Assembly (NCBI RefSeq): GCF_964213995.1
Contig: NC_135818.1
Location: 24,056,001 to 24,120,000, forward strand
Length of the DNA stretch: 64,000 nucleotides
DNA from: Mustelus asterias
Taxonomy: Eukaryota
Direction: 5' to 3'
Shown here: one piece after another, positions 24,401-36,400 of the stretch
How the letters are laid out: every line of letters starts with the position of its first letter
Position numbering within the stretch: position 1 is the first letter of the stretch
Translations under genes and position numbers: made by a program
Notes under the pieces: generated by a model
Seen by the model: the letters and a program-made list of their open reading frames with translations, nothing else
What the model was told of the DNA's origin: nothing
The model's database searches: none

Positions 24401-27400
24401 CCACAATATGGTCGAATTTCTGATTCAGATGGAAGAGGAGAAAGTTTGGTCCCAAACCAGTGTCCTCTGTTTGAACAGAGGGAAATATGATAGGATGAGG
24501 GATGAATTGGCTAAGGTAGACTGGGAGAGCAGGCTGGCAGGTAGGATAGCTGAGGAACAGTGGAGGATTTTTAAGGAGATCCTTTTCAGTTCTCAGCAAA
24601 AATATATTCCAGCAAAAAACAAGGATTGTAAGAAAAGGGAGAACCAGCCGTGGATAACGAAGGAAATAAAGGAGAGTATTAAAATAAAAACAGCTGCGTA
24701 CAGAGTGGCCAAAAATAGTGGAGAAACAAGTGATTGGGAAAAATTTAAGAAACAACAAAGAGAGACTAAGAAAGCGATAAAGAAAGGAAGGATAGACTAT
24801 GAAGCTAGGCTAGCAATTAATATAAAAAATGATAGTAAAAGTTTTTATAAATATATAAAAAGGAATAGAGTGGCTAGAGTGAATGTTGGACCCTTGGAGG
24901 ACGAGAGGGGGGAGTTAATAGTGGGAAATGAGGATATGGCTGAGTCTTTAAATAAGTTTTTTGTGTCGGTCTTCACGGTGGAGGACACAAATAGTTTGCC
25001 AAATATTAACGATAGAGGGTTGGCAGCAGGAGAAATACTTAATACAATTAATGTTACCAGAGAGGCAGTGCTGGGTAGACTAATGGGACTGAAGGTGGAC
25101 AAGTCCCCGGGTCCGGATGGAATGCATCCCAGGGTATTGAAAGAAATGTCAGAGGTAATAGTGGATGCATTAGTGATTATTTATCAAAACTCGTTGCATT
25201 CTGGGGTAGTGCCGGTTGATTGGAAAACGGCTAATGTTACGCCGCTGTTTAAAAAAGGAAGGAGACAAAAGGCGGGTAACTATAGGCCGGTCAGCTTAAC
25301 GTCTGTAGTAGGGAAAATGCTGGAATCCATTATTAAAGAGGAGATAGCAGGGCATCTGGATAGAAATGGTTCGATCAATCAGACGCAGCATGGATTCATG
25401 AGGGGAAAGTTGTGCTTGACGAACATGTTGGATTTTTATGAAGATGTGACTAGGGCGGTTGATGGAGGAGAACTGGTGGATGCGGTGTTTTTGGATTTCC
25501 AAAAGGCGTTTGATAAGGTGCCCCATAAAAGGCTGCTGAAGAAGATTAGGGCGCACGGAGTTGGGGGTAGTGTGTTAAAGTGGATTGGGGACTGGCTATC
25601 CGACAGGAAGCAAAGAGTCGGAATAAATGGGTGTTTTTCCGGTTGGAGGAAGGTAACTAGTGGCGTGCCGCAGGGATCGGTACTCGGGCCGCAACTATTT
25701 ACCATTTATATAGATGATCTGGAGGAGGGGACGGAGTGTAGGGTAACGAAGTTTGCAGACGACACAAAGATAAGTGGAAAAGTGAATCGTGTGGAGGACG
25801 GAGAAGATCTGCAGAGAGATTTAGACAGGCTGAGTGAGTGGGCGAGGATATGGCAAATGGAGTATAACGTTGATAAATGCGAGGTTATACACTTTGGAGG
25901 AAATAATAACAAATGGGATTACTATCTCAATGGAAACAAATTAAAACATGCTACCGTGCAAAGGGACCTGGGGGTCCTTGTGCATGAGACGCAAAAGCCC
26001 AGTCTGCAGGTACAACAGGTGATCAAGAAGGCAGATGGGATGTTGGCCTATATTGCGAGGGGTATAGAATATAAAAGCAGGGATGTCTTGATGCACCTGT
26101 ACAGGGCATTGGTGAGGCCGCAGCTGGAATACTGTGTGCAGTATTGGTCCCCTTATATGAGGAAGGATATATTGGCATTGGAGGGAGTGCAGAGAAGGTT
26201 CACCAGGTTGATACCGGAGATGAGGGGTTTGGATTATGAGGAGAGGCTGAGGAGATTGGGTTTGTACTCGTTGGAGTTTCGAAGGATGAGGGGGGATCTT
26301 ATGGAGACTTATAAGATAATGCGGGGGCTGGATAGGGTGGAGGCGGAGAGATTCTTTCCACTTAGTAAGGAAGTTAAAACTAGAGGACACAGCCTCAAAA
26401 TAAAGGGGGGTCGGTTTAGGACAGAGTTGAGGAGGAACTTCTTCTCCCAGAGGGTGGTGAATCTCTGGAATTCTCTGCCCACTGAGGTGGTGGAGGCTAC
26501 CTCACTGAATATGTTTAAAGCGTGGATGGATGGATTCCTGATCGGTAAGGGAATTAAGGGTTATGGGGATCAGGCGGGTAAGTGGTACTGATCCACGTCA
26601 GATCAGCCATGATCTTATTGAATGGCGGGGCAGGCTCGAGGGGCTAGATGGCCTACTCCTGCTCCTATTTCTTATGTTCTTATGTGTTATTTTCCAGCTA
26701 ATCAGCCATTTGCCTGAATTTCCAGATTGTTGTTGCCACAGTTACAGTGCTCATACTAATATGATCATCTTCACGCTCCCTGTAGTCAGTTGTGGGCAAG
26801 TTACTAGAATCTGTCATTAGTGTTTGAGTGACTGAGTGCTTGGAATATAAAGAGTTGATCAGAGGGTGCCAGCATGGCTTTGTTAATGATAGGTTATCTC
26901 TGACTAACCTAATTATTATTTTTTTAAAAGGTAGGGAAGGGAATATCTGTGGATGGGTGGAGCATAGAAACATGAGTTGGCCAATCAGCCTTTCGAGCCT
27001 GCTCTGCCATTCAGTTAGCTCATTGCTAATTTGGATCTTAACTCCATTTTCCCACCATTTTTTCCATATCAACAGCCATATGTGAGATGGTGGCAAACGG
27101 GATCACAGAAAAAGCGATTCACATTTCCATTATTCTTTGAGTGAAAAGTGCTTGCTAAATTTTAAAATTATGTCCCTTGTTCTTGATTTTCCTATCACAG
27201 GAAATAGTTTTTCCATATCCACCTCATAAAATTCTTGAACATAAACACCTTGATCAGATCAACCTGATATATATGGAAATACAAGTGAAATTCATGCCTC
27301 AAAGACCTACTAGGGAATAGTCCTGTGTTTTGCTGACCATGCTCATGGTCCCAAATACCATCAAAAACATGTGAAGATAGAAATCAAAAACAGGCTCCAT

Positions 27401-30400
27401 TGATATTGCACCTTATTGCTCCTCTTAACAATGTTGGGTCAGTGGGAGAACTCTCACCTGTGAGTCAGAGGTTTGTGGGTTCATGTCCCTCTCTTTTGCC
27501 TTGAGCGTGAAGCCATTGCTGCAATGTTGAAGAGATGCCGGAGTAAATTTTCTCGTCCCGCCTGCCAATGGAATCGTAGCAGGCGGGACAGAACTTTAAC
27601 CGGAATATTTAAATGTCTGTTGACCTCGGGTGGGAATTTCCGGTCTTGGGGCTTGTGTGGCTGGAAAATCCTGCCTGCCATCTCTCAGTAAGAAGTTTAA
27701 CAACACCAGGTTAAAGTCCAACAGGTTTATTTGGTAGCCAAATTTGGCTACCAAATAAACCTGTTGGACTTTAACCTGGTGTTGTTAAACTTCTTACTGT
27801 GTTTACCCCAGTCCAACGCCGGCATCTCCACATCATGCCATCTCTCAGACAGAGACATTTGCCGGAATTCTACCACCCCGCCCACCAATCGGAGCGGGCA
27901 AGGGGCGGACAACGGAAATGTCCGTTGATCTTGGGCGGGAATTTCTGGTCTTGCTTCAATGAGGCCGTAAAATCCCGTCGATTAAATCAAGGCCCAATCT
28001 GCCCTCTGTAATGGAGGTAAAAGATCGCTTGACATTATTGTGAAAAAGAGCAGGGGGCATTCACCCCAGTGCAGATATTTATCCCTCAACCAATATTACC
28101 AAAGATAGATTGTCAGGTCATTGGCACATAGCTGTTTATGGGAACTTGCTGTGTGCAAAATGGTTGCTGCATTTCTTATACTAAATGGTGCCAACACTTC
28201 AAAAGTGTTTTATTCGCTGCAAAGCACTTCAGAATATACAGAAGTCAGAAAAAGAAGCTATATAAGTGCGGATCTTTCTTTATCTCAAAATCTTAGTGAA
28301 TTAGTTTGAACTCAGTTCTGTAGATCTTTTTCTGGGTAGTACATCAGCAGCAGATGTAAGGAATGGCTGCATATGACTATCTCTTAACGGGAAGACACTT
28401 ATTCCCTTCCCTCCATGACTTATCCTCCTCCCCCCATTTTGGCCCCTTCCCTGCTTTTCTAACTATGCCTCATTCTACAGTGAAACATTGAAGCCTTCAA
28501 TTTTTATATTTCCGTATTTCAATTCATTGCAGGATGAGCAGAGTATTGTATACTTTGAAAATAACCGAGAAGTACATGATGGATGGTCGGGAAGCTATGC
28601 ACAGAATTTCATCATTATTGCGAACTGCACGGAGCTCCTTAAAAAACAGGTAACTCAGAGCATTGTGAATCTCGTAGTGCGAAGTATAAACGCTGTAGTG
28701 TATTTATGGGGTGGGCTCTGTTGTGTGAGGGGAAGGGGGGCAATTTTGTAGTTTGTCTATAGGGAGGGGGCAATTCGATAGTTTGTGTACGGGGAAGGAG
28801 CACTTTACATTTGTGAGAGCTACGGGAAAATTCTGTACTTTGTGAGTCCAGAGGGGGTAATTCTGTCATTTATGTGTGTGGAAGGGGCGACTTTATAGTT
28901 TGTACGCATGGAGGGGCACCTCTAGTTTGTACACACAGTAGGGGAGGGCGCCTTTGTAATTTGCATACATAGAGTGGGGGTGCCTCTGTAATTTGTACAC
29001 ACGAGGTGTGTGCCTCTGTAGCTGTGCATACAGAGGGAACTCCTCTGTAGTACTTTTAAAGATGGGACAATGGGTTCACATAAGGGGAGATTTAGAAACT
29101 TAGCGAGAAAGGTCAAGACAATAGTGTAGGTTAGCAATGCGGGGAATGATGACCAGTGTGTGTCTGGAAGGGTCAGAGGATGAGGTCAGGGTAGAGAAAA
29201 TTGGTAAGGAAACAGATTTAATGGCTCTTTATCTCAATACAAGTAGCATTCATAGCAAGTTGGATGAATTAATAATACACAAAAAATGTGTTTAATATGA
29301 AAGGTATTACAGAGATATGCTTGTAAGATGATCAAGGATGTCAACTGAATATTCAAGAGTATCTACCATTCCGGAAGTATAAGAAGAAAGGAAAACAAAG
29401 TGGGGTGACTCTATTGATAAAGGATGAGAACAACACAATAGTGAGAAATGTTGATGGCTAGGAAAGTCAATATGTAGAATCGGTTTGGATGAAGCTGAGA
29501 AATATCGAAGGAAACAAGTCACTTATGGGAAGCTTATAGGCCTCCTAACAGTAACTACACCAGGACTGAGCATAAATTAAGAAATAATGGGGACTTCTAA
29601 GAACAGGACTACAATAATCGTGAGTGATTTAATTATCTTGAAGATAGCTTTGAGAATAAGTTAATAGAATGTATTCGGGACTGTTTCGTAGCTGGTATCA
29701 CCCAGGGAGTAGGCTATTTTAGATCCCTTTAATGTGTAATAGGACAGGATTAATTAATCACCTCAGTAAAGAATCTTGCCAGGACAAGCAATTATAACAT
29801 ATTAGAATTTCACTTTGAGGGTGAGAAACTTGGATCTGAAACTAGTGTCTTAAACTACAATAAAGAAAATTACAAAAGTAGGCAAAGTAGTGTACAATAG
29901 GCAGGGAAAATAAGTGAAAAGGTGAGACGATAGAGAACCATTTAATGAGATATTTCATAACTCTGAACAGATATATATTCCATTGAGGAAAAAATGAATC
30001 TATAGGGAAGATAACATTTTGCGGATAACTTAAGAAAGTTAATTATAGTATCAAATTAAAAGAAAAGGCATACAATGCTTTATAAGTTAGTGATAGGCCA
30101 GGAGATTGTGAAAAAATTAGAAACCAGAAAACTATGACTAAACATACTAAAGAGGGAGAAATTGGAATACAAAAATAAACTAGCAAGGGATTTAAAAATA
30201 TGGTAAGAGCTAGTACAAGTATATATAAAAAGGAAGAGAGTAGCTAGGTAAACATTGGTCCTTTAGAGGATAAGACTGGGAAATAAGGAAAAGGCAGAAA
30301 CTTTGAACAAGTATTTTTTATCTGTTTTCAGGGTGAAAACACAAAAATCCCAATAATAACAGAAGAAAATCAAGGGGAAAAAAGGGAGGGTGGAAATGAA

Positions 30401-33400
30401 ATCAAATTACTATCACTAGAGAAAAAGCCCTGGGAAAACTAATGGGACTAAATGCTGGAAAATCCCCTGGATCTGATGACCTGCATCAATATGGTCTCAA
30501 AAGAAGTAACTGCCGCGATAGTCAATGTATTGGTTTGATATTCCAAGGTTCCCTGGATTCTGGAAAGGTCTCAGCTGATTGGAAAACCACAAATTTGATA
30601 CTGCTGTTGGAGAAGGGAGGGAGACCGAAAGCATGAGCCTATACACGAGTTAACCTAACATTGGTCATTGGAAAAATGTTGGAATCCATTATTGTGAATG
30701 TAAAAGCAGGATATTTAGAAAATCATAATTCAGTCAAGCAGAATCAACAAGGTTTTACAAAAGGGAAATTGTGTTTGGCAAATTTATTATAAAGTTCCTT
30801 CAGTATGTAACAAGCAGAGTGGATAAAGGGGAATTAGAAGATATAATGTACTTGGATTTCCAAAAGGCATTCCAGAAGGCACCACAAAAGGGTTAACTAC
30901 ACGATAAGAGCTCATGATTTGGGGGGTAATATGTTAACATGGATAGCAGATTGGCGAACAAGAAACAGAGTCAGGATAAATGGGTCATTATCAGGTTGGT
31001 AAACTGCCACAAGAATCAGTACTGGGGCCTCAATTATTTTGTTGTCATGATCTGCATCCTTCCATCCATAAAAGATGGTGGACATAGAGCAAACAAATTC
31101 AGTTCAGATGAGGTGTCTTCAAAAGGCACACCTTTGCTTTTTTTTTCATAGGATTTGGGCATCATTACTGGCTAGGCCAGCATTTATTGCCCATCCCGAA
31201 CTGTCCTTGAGAAGGTAATGGTGAGCTGCCTTCTAGAATCACAGCAGTCCATGTGGTGTAGGTATAACCACAGTGCTGCCAGGAAGGGAAATGGTTGATG
31301 GTTGAAGAGTTCAATTCTTGAGAGGCAAGTACCACAAATAAAGCTACTGCATATTGTTGGTTGCTTTCAGCATTGATGTCTGTTGCCTAGCCACTGGTCA
31401 ACATGGTACCACTCACAAGACATATTGCCATTTTCCACTATCATCAACTGGTGACTCCTAGGTACAATAATCAATATCTAGGACCTTCATGTCACACTTA
31501 CAAGCCTCATTGAAGTGGAGCTTTAGATGTCATCTAGTGCCTGCTATCTCACTATACAGAAAATGCTTGGGTATATGGCCATCTTGCAAGCTGTGATGTC
31601 CCTGAACCAACAAAGCCACCTGTTGGATGACTGCTAACAAATTTGCGAGCACTGCCTTTGAGAGGATTGCCCATTCGTTGTTTTTGTTCTACTAAATTAT
31701 ATCCATAACGCGCAGAAAAGATGGAAATTCTTTTGCTGTTAAGTTGCTCATGTTTCACAGTTACAAGAAGGTGCTAGGAAAGGCAACAAAAACCTTTGGC
31801 TGACTCGCGGAATGTAAATAGAAAAACAGCAAGTTGCCCCTTTGGATCAAGCTGATGGACTCTATAGTGAGGGGAGGCATAATTGAGATGTATAGTATAT
31901 GAGAGGCACGGATGGAGCCAACAGGAATAAACTTTTCTCTTTGGTGAAGGGATCAATGACAGGAGGTTTAGAGGGGATGTGAGGAAAATATTTTCACACA
32001 AAGGGTGGTGGGAGTCTGGAACTCACTGCCTGAAAGGGTGATGGAAGCAGAAACACCCATAGTTTAAAGTTTTTTTTAAAGTTTATTTTAGTGTCACAAA
32101 TAGGCTTACATTAACATTGCAATGAAGTTACTGTGAAAATCCCCTAGTTGCCACACTCCGGCGCCTGTTCGGGTACACTGAGGTTTAGCATGGCCAATGC
32201 ACCTAACCAGCACATCTTTTGGACTGTGGGAGGAAACTGGAGCACCCGGAGGAAACCCACGCAGACACGGGGAGAACGTGCAGACTCCGCACTGACAGTG
32301 ACCCAAGCTAAGAATCGAACCCGGGTCCCTGATGCTGTATTTAATAATTATTTAGATGTGCAATTTCAATGGCGAGGCATATGGGTCAAGTGCTAGGAAA
32401 TGGGATTAGAACAGTTAGATGGTTTATCTTTGACCAGCGCAGATGCAATGAGTTGAACGGTCTTTTTCTGTGCTGTATACCTCTATGACTCTAATATCTA
32501 TGTGCTCAGCACCTTGTTCTGCACTGTTTGTCATTGTGGAACCAAGCTAGCAGAATTTAGTAACCACTAGCAGCCAAGTGTTACTGTGATCAGGGCTGAG
32601 GTATAACACCTTGTTCCATGATCACTTTTCTTGACGCTTGTACATGTGGTGAAAAAGTTGCAAGCGTGGGAGAGACAGTCCATGAGTCTTTGTAGCTGAG
32701 TTTCATGTGGGTGATTTCTGCAGCATCATCAACGTAGGGATTCTCTAATCATGTCGACATGTGTTTTTGTCTTCGCTTTCGGTCTTGATAAGTGTATAGC
32801 TTGCTGTTTGACCTGTATGCAAATAGACTTCTTCCATTTCTAAAGGGAAGACAAAGGTCAGGTTAACGATTTACAACCTACATTAATAACTTGAATGAAG
32901 GGGCCAAGTGTATTGCAGCCAAATTTCCTCACCATACAAAGATAGATAAGAAAGCAAGTTGTGAGGGGGAGACAGTCTGTAAAGAGACATAGATGGGATA
33001 AGTGAGTGGGCAGAAACTTGGCAGATGGAATATACTGTGGGGAATGTGACACTATCCACAGCAAGAATAGAAAAGCATTTAAATGGAGAGAGGTTGCAGA
33101 ATACTGCAGTACAGAATGTTCTTGTTCTCATACACAAATCATAACATGTTAGCATGCGGGTACAGCAAGTAATCAGGAAGGCAAATACAATGAAAGCCTA
33201 AGACTGCAGATCCTGGAAATCTGAATTAAAACAGAAGCTGTGGCATAGTTGGGTGAGATCTTAGCAGATCTGCAACAAAACTCAATAAACCTACTTCTGC
33301 CCCATATCCCTTAATAACTTTGGTTAATAAAAATATATCAATATCAAATATTTACAATTGATAAAGCATTTTTTCTGGTAGTAAGTCCCAAACTACCACA

Positions 33401-36400
33401 ACCCTTTGTGTTTCCTAACATCACTTTGGCAATGTCTGGCTCTAATTTTCAGATGGCACCCTGAGTCCTAGACTCCCTAACAGCAGAAAGGTTTATCTGT
33501 CCCATCTGTCACCTTCATATCTTGAAAACTTTGATTAATCCATCCCTTATCTTCTAAATTACAGACAGTACAATCCTGCTTTATACAACCTCTCCTTGTA
33601 GCTTGGCACTTGGAATCCAGGAATCACTCTGTCAAATCTACACTGCACTTCGTCTAAGACCAATATATTGTTCCTAAAGTGTGGTGCCTAGACACACTGG
33701 TTAGCACCGGTAGCTCACAGCGCCAGGGACTCGGGTTCAATTCCCAGCTTGGGTCTCTGTCTGTGTGGATTTTTCATGTTCTCCCCGTGTCTGCGTGGAT
33801 TTCCTCCGGGTGCTCTGGTTTCCTCCCACAGTCCGAAAGACATACGGTCAGGTGGATTGGCCATGCTAAATTCTCCCTCAGTGTACTTGTACAGACGCCG
33901 GAGTGTGGCGACTAGGAGATTTTCACAGTAACTTAATTACAGTGCTAATGTAAGTCTACTTGTGACGCAAACTTCAAATTTTAGATCTGCTCACAGTACT
34001 CCCAGGTGTCGTCTTACCAAAGCTTTGTATAACAGCCAAACGTCTACCATCTTGCAGTGTTTTTTTTCCAAGATAGTAATGTCATTCTTCTTTTTCAGTT
34101 TTACCATCCATCTTTAATCCATGTGAAGAAATTGGAACCCCTGAAAGAGGTGAGTGCAACTTGGGTTTTTTTTTGTTCATGGATGTAAACATTGTCAGCT
34201 GGGCCAGCATTTATTGTCCATTCCTAATTGACCTTGAGTTGATGGTAGTAAGCTGCTGCCTTGAACCGCTTGAGTCCATGTGGTATGGATACACCCACTG
34301 TGCTGTTAGGTAAAGAGGATTTTCACCCAGCAACAGTGAAGGAACAGCATTATGGTTACAAATCAGGATGGCGTGTGGCTTGGAGGGGAACTTGCAGGTG
34401 GTGGTGTTGCCAAGCGTCTGTTGCCTTTGTCCTTCTAGGTGCAAGAGATTGCAGGTTTGGAAGGTGTTGCTGAAGGAGTCTTGGTGAGTTGCTATAATGC
34501 ATCTTGTAGATGGTACACACTACTGCCACACTGTGTCGGTGTAGGGAGGAGGGAGTGATTGTTTAATGTGATGGATGGGGTGCCAATTAAGCGGACTGCT
34601 TTGTCCTGGATAATGTTGTTGGAGCTGCACTCATCCAGGCAAGTGGAGAATATTCCATCACTCTCCTGACTTGCACCTTATACATGATGGATAGTCTTTG
34701 GGGAGTCATGAGACGATTTATCCTCTGCAGAATTTGCAGCTTTTGACCTGCTCTTGTAGCCACAGTATTTACATAGCTCTTCCAGTTCCACTTCTAGTCA
34801 ATAGTAACCCCCAGGATGTTGGATGTTGATTGTGGGGATTCAGCAATGGTAGTGCCATTGAATGTCAGGGGGAAATGGTTATATTCTCTGTCGTTGGAGA
34901 TGGTCATTGTCTGGCATTTGTGTGGCATGAATGTTGTTTGCCACTTATATAACCTCATATAACCTAAGTCAAGCCTGAAAATTGTCTGGGTCTTGTACAC
35001 ATATGGACATCAATTGCTTTGTATCTTTAAAAATCTCTTCAAATGTAAGCAGTGGCTCCATTCCGAAACTCTAAGTTATGATCAGCTGTGATTTGTTGTA
35101 TATTCTGCACTGTATAATAATAAATTGATGATGTGAAGAATTGGGTAATGTGATTTAAAAGAAGATTGTGCATACTGCAATACTCAATCATTTTGGGTTG
35201 TGTTTGTGTTCTCACACCCAATGCACAGGACAGCAGAAATTATACACATTAAGGGCCACATTTATCAAGGCCATTAGCTGTACAAAGCTCAAGTGTTCAG
35301 AACCAACATTTGCACAATACAGAAACAGCTTCCATTCCTTGACAGATTGGCCCAGGCCTTTAGAGCCAATGCAAGTCATCTTTCTTCCAACTGCCCATCC
35401 CTTTCCTCCCTTTGACAGCACTACTTAAAAATTGACCCTGGTTTTTGTCCTGTACTTTACATTTTCACTCTTGCTAGTTGTTTGCACTTTTGGCTTTGTC
35501 CTTCATTCTTTGTTTTGAATATTGTTTCAACACTTAAAGGACTACAGTCCAAAGCTACTTGTGAAATATGATTTGTGGAAACATTGCTGTGAACGTATTC
35601 TATGGAACAGTTCAACTCCATAATAAAAACAGAAAATACTGGAAACACTCAGGCCCAACAGCAAATTTGTAGAGAGAAACCGAGTTAACGTTTCAGGTCA
35701 ATGACCTATCATCAGTACTCAGCTCAAGTATTTTACTACCTCAAATTTAGCTTTCATAAATTTAAAACTTAGCCACATATTCTTCTCCAGACTAAGCTCC
35801 ATTAGCTCCTTGTCCTTGCTCCTTTCCGAAATGCATTAAACTTTTAAAACCTCATATCCTGGACTTAGCATCACATTGTGTAATATCCCCCTCTGGAACC
35901 CCCAACAATTTCTTTGTGTGTGCATTACTTTTTGTAAAATGATCAAGCAGTTGTTCCTTTGCACCTAGCAATTTAATTTTATAGGTTTTCTTTCCAGCAT
36001 TTATTTCAAGTCAGCAAAGTGATTTACACCCAATTAAGTAGTTCTTAAAGTGTGGTCACTATTTAGGGGTGACACGGTGGCACAGTGGTTAGCACTGCTG
36101 CCTCACAGCGCCAGGGACCCGGATTTGATTCCTGGCTTGGGTCACTGTCTGTGTGGAGTTTGCAATTTTCCTCGTGCTGGTTAGGTGCATTGGCCACGCT
36201 AAATTTTCTCTGTGTATCCGAAGAGGCACTGGAGTGTGGCGACTAGGGGATTTTCACAGTAACTTCATTGTAGTGTTAATGTAAGCCTACTTGTAACACT
36301 AATAATTAAACTTTAAAACATTATTTAGGAAACGCAACAATCAATTTAAGCACAGCAAGCTTCTACAAATCCAAATATAACAATGACCTGATGATGTTTT

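Noticed and set aside
23930-26390. Antisense ORFs over CR1 elements
   Set aside because: Shadow frames of ORF2 with no independent features.
19740-26700. Long TSD around the CR1-TRIM13-CR1 cassette
   Set aside because: Only 1-2 nt (gt) or a displaced gttat match was found, which is not significant.
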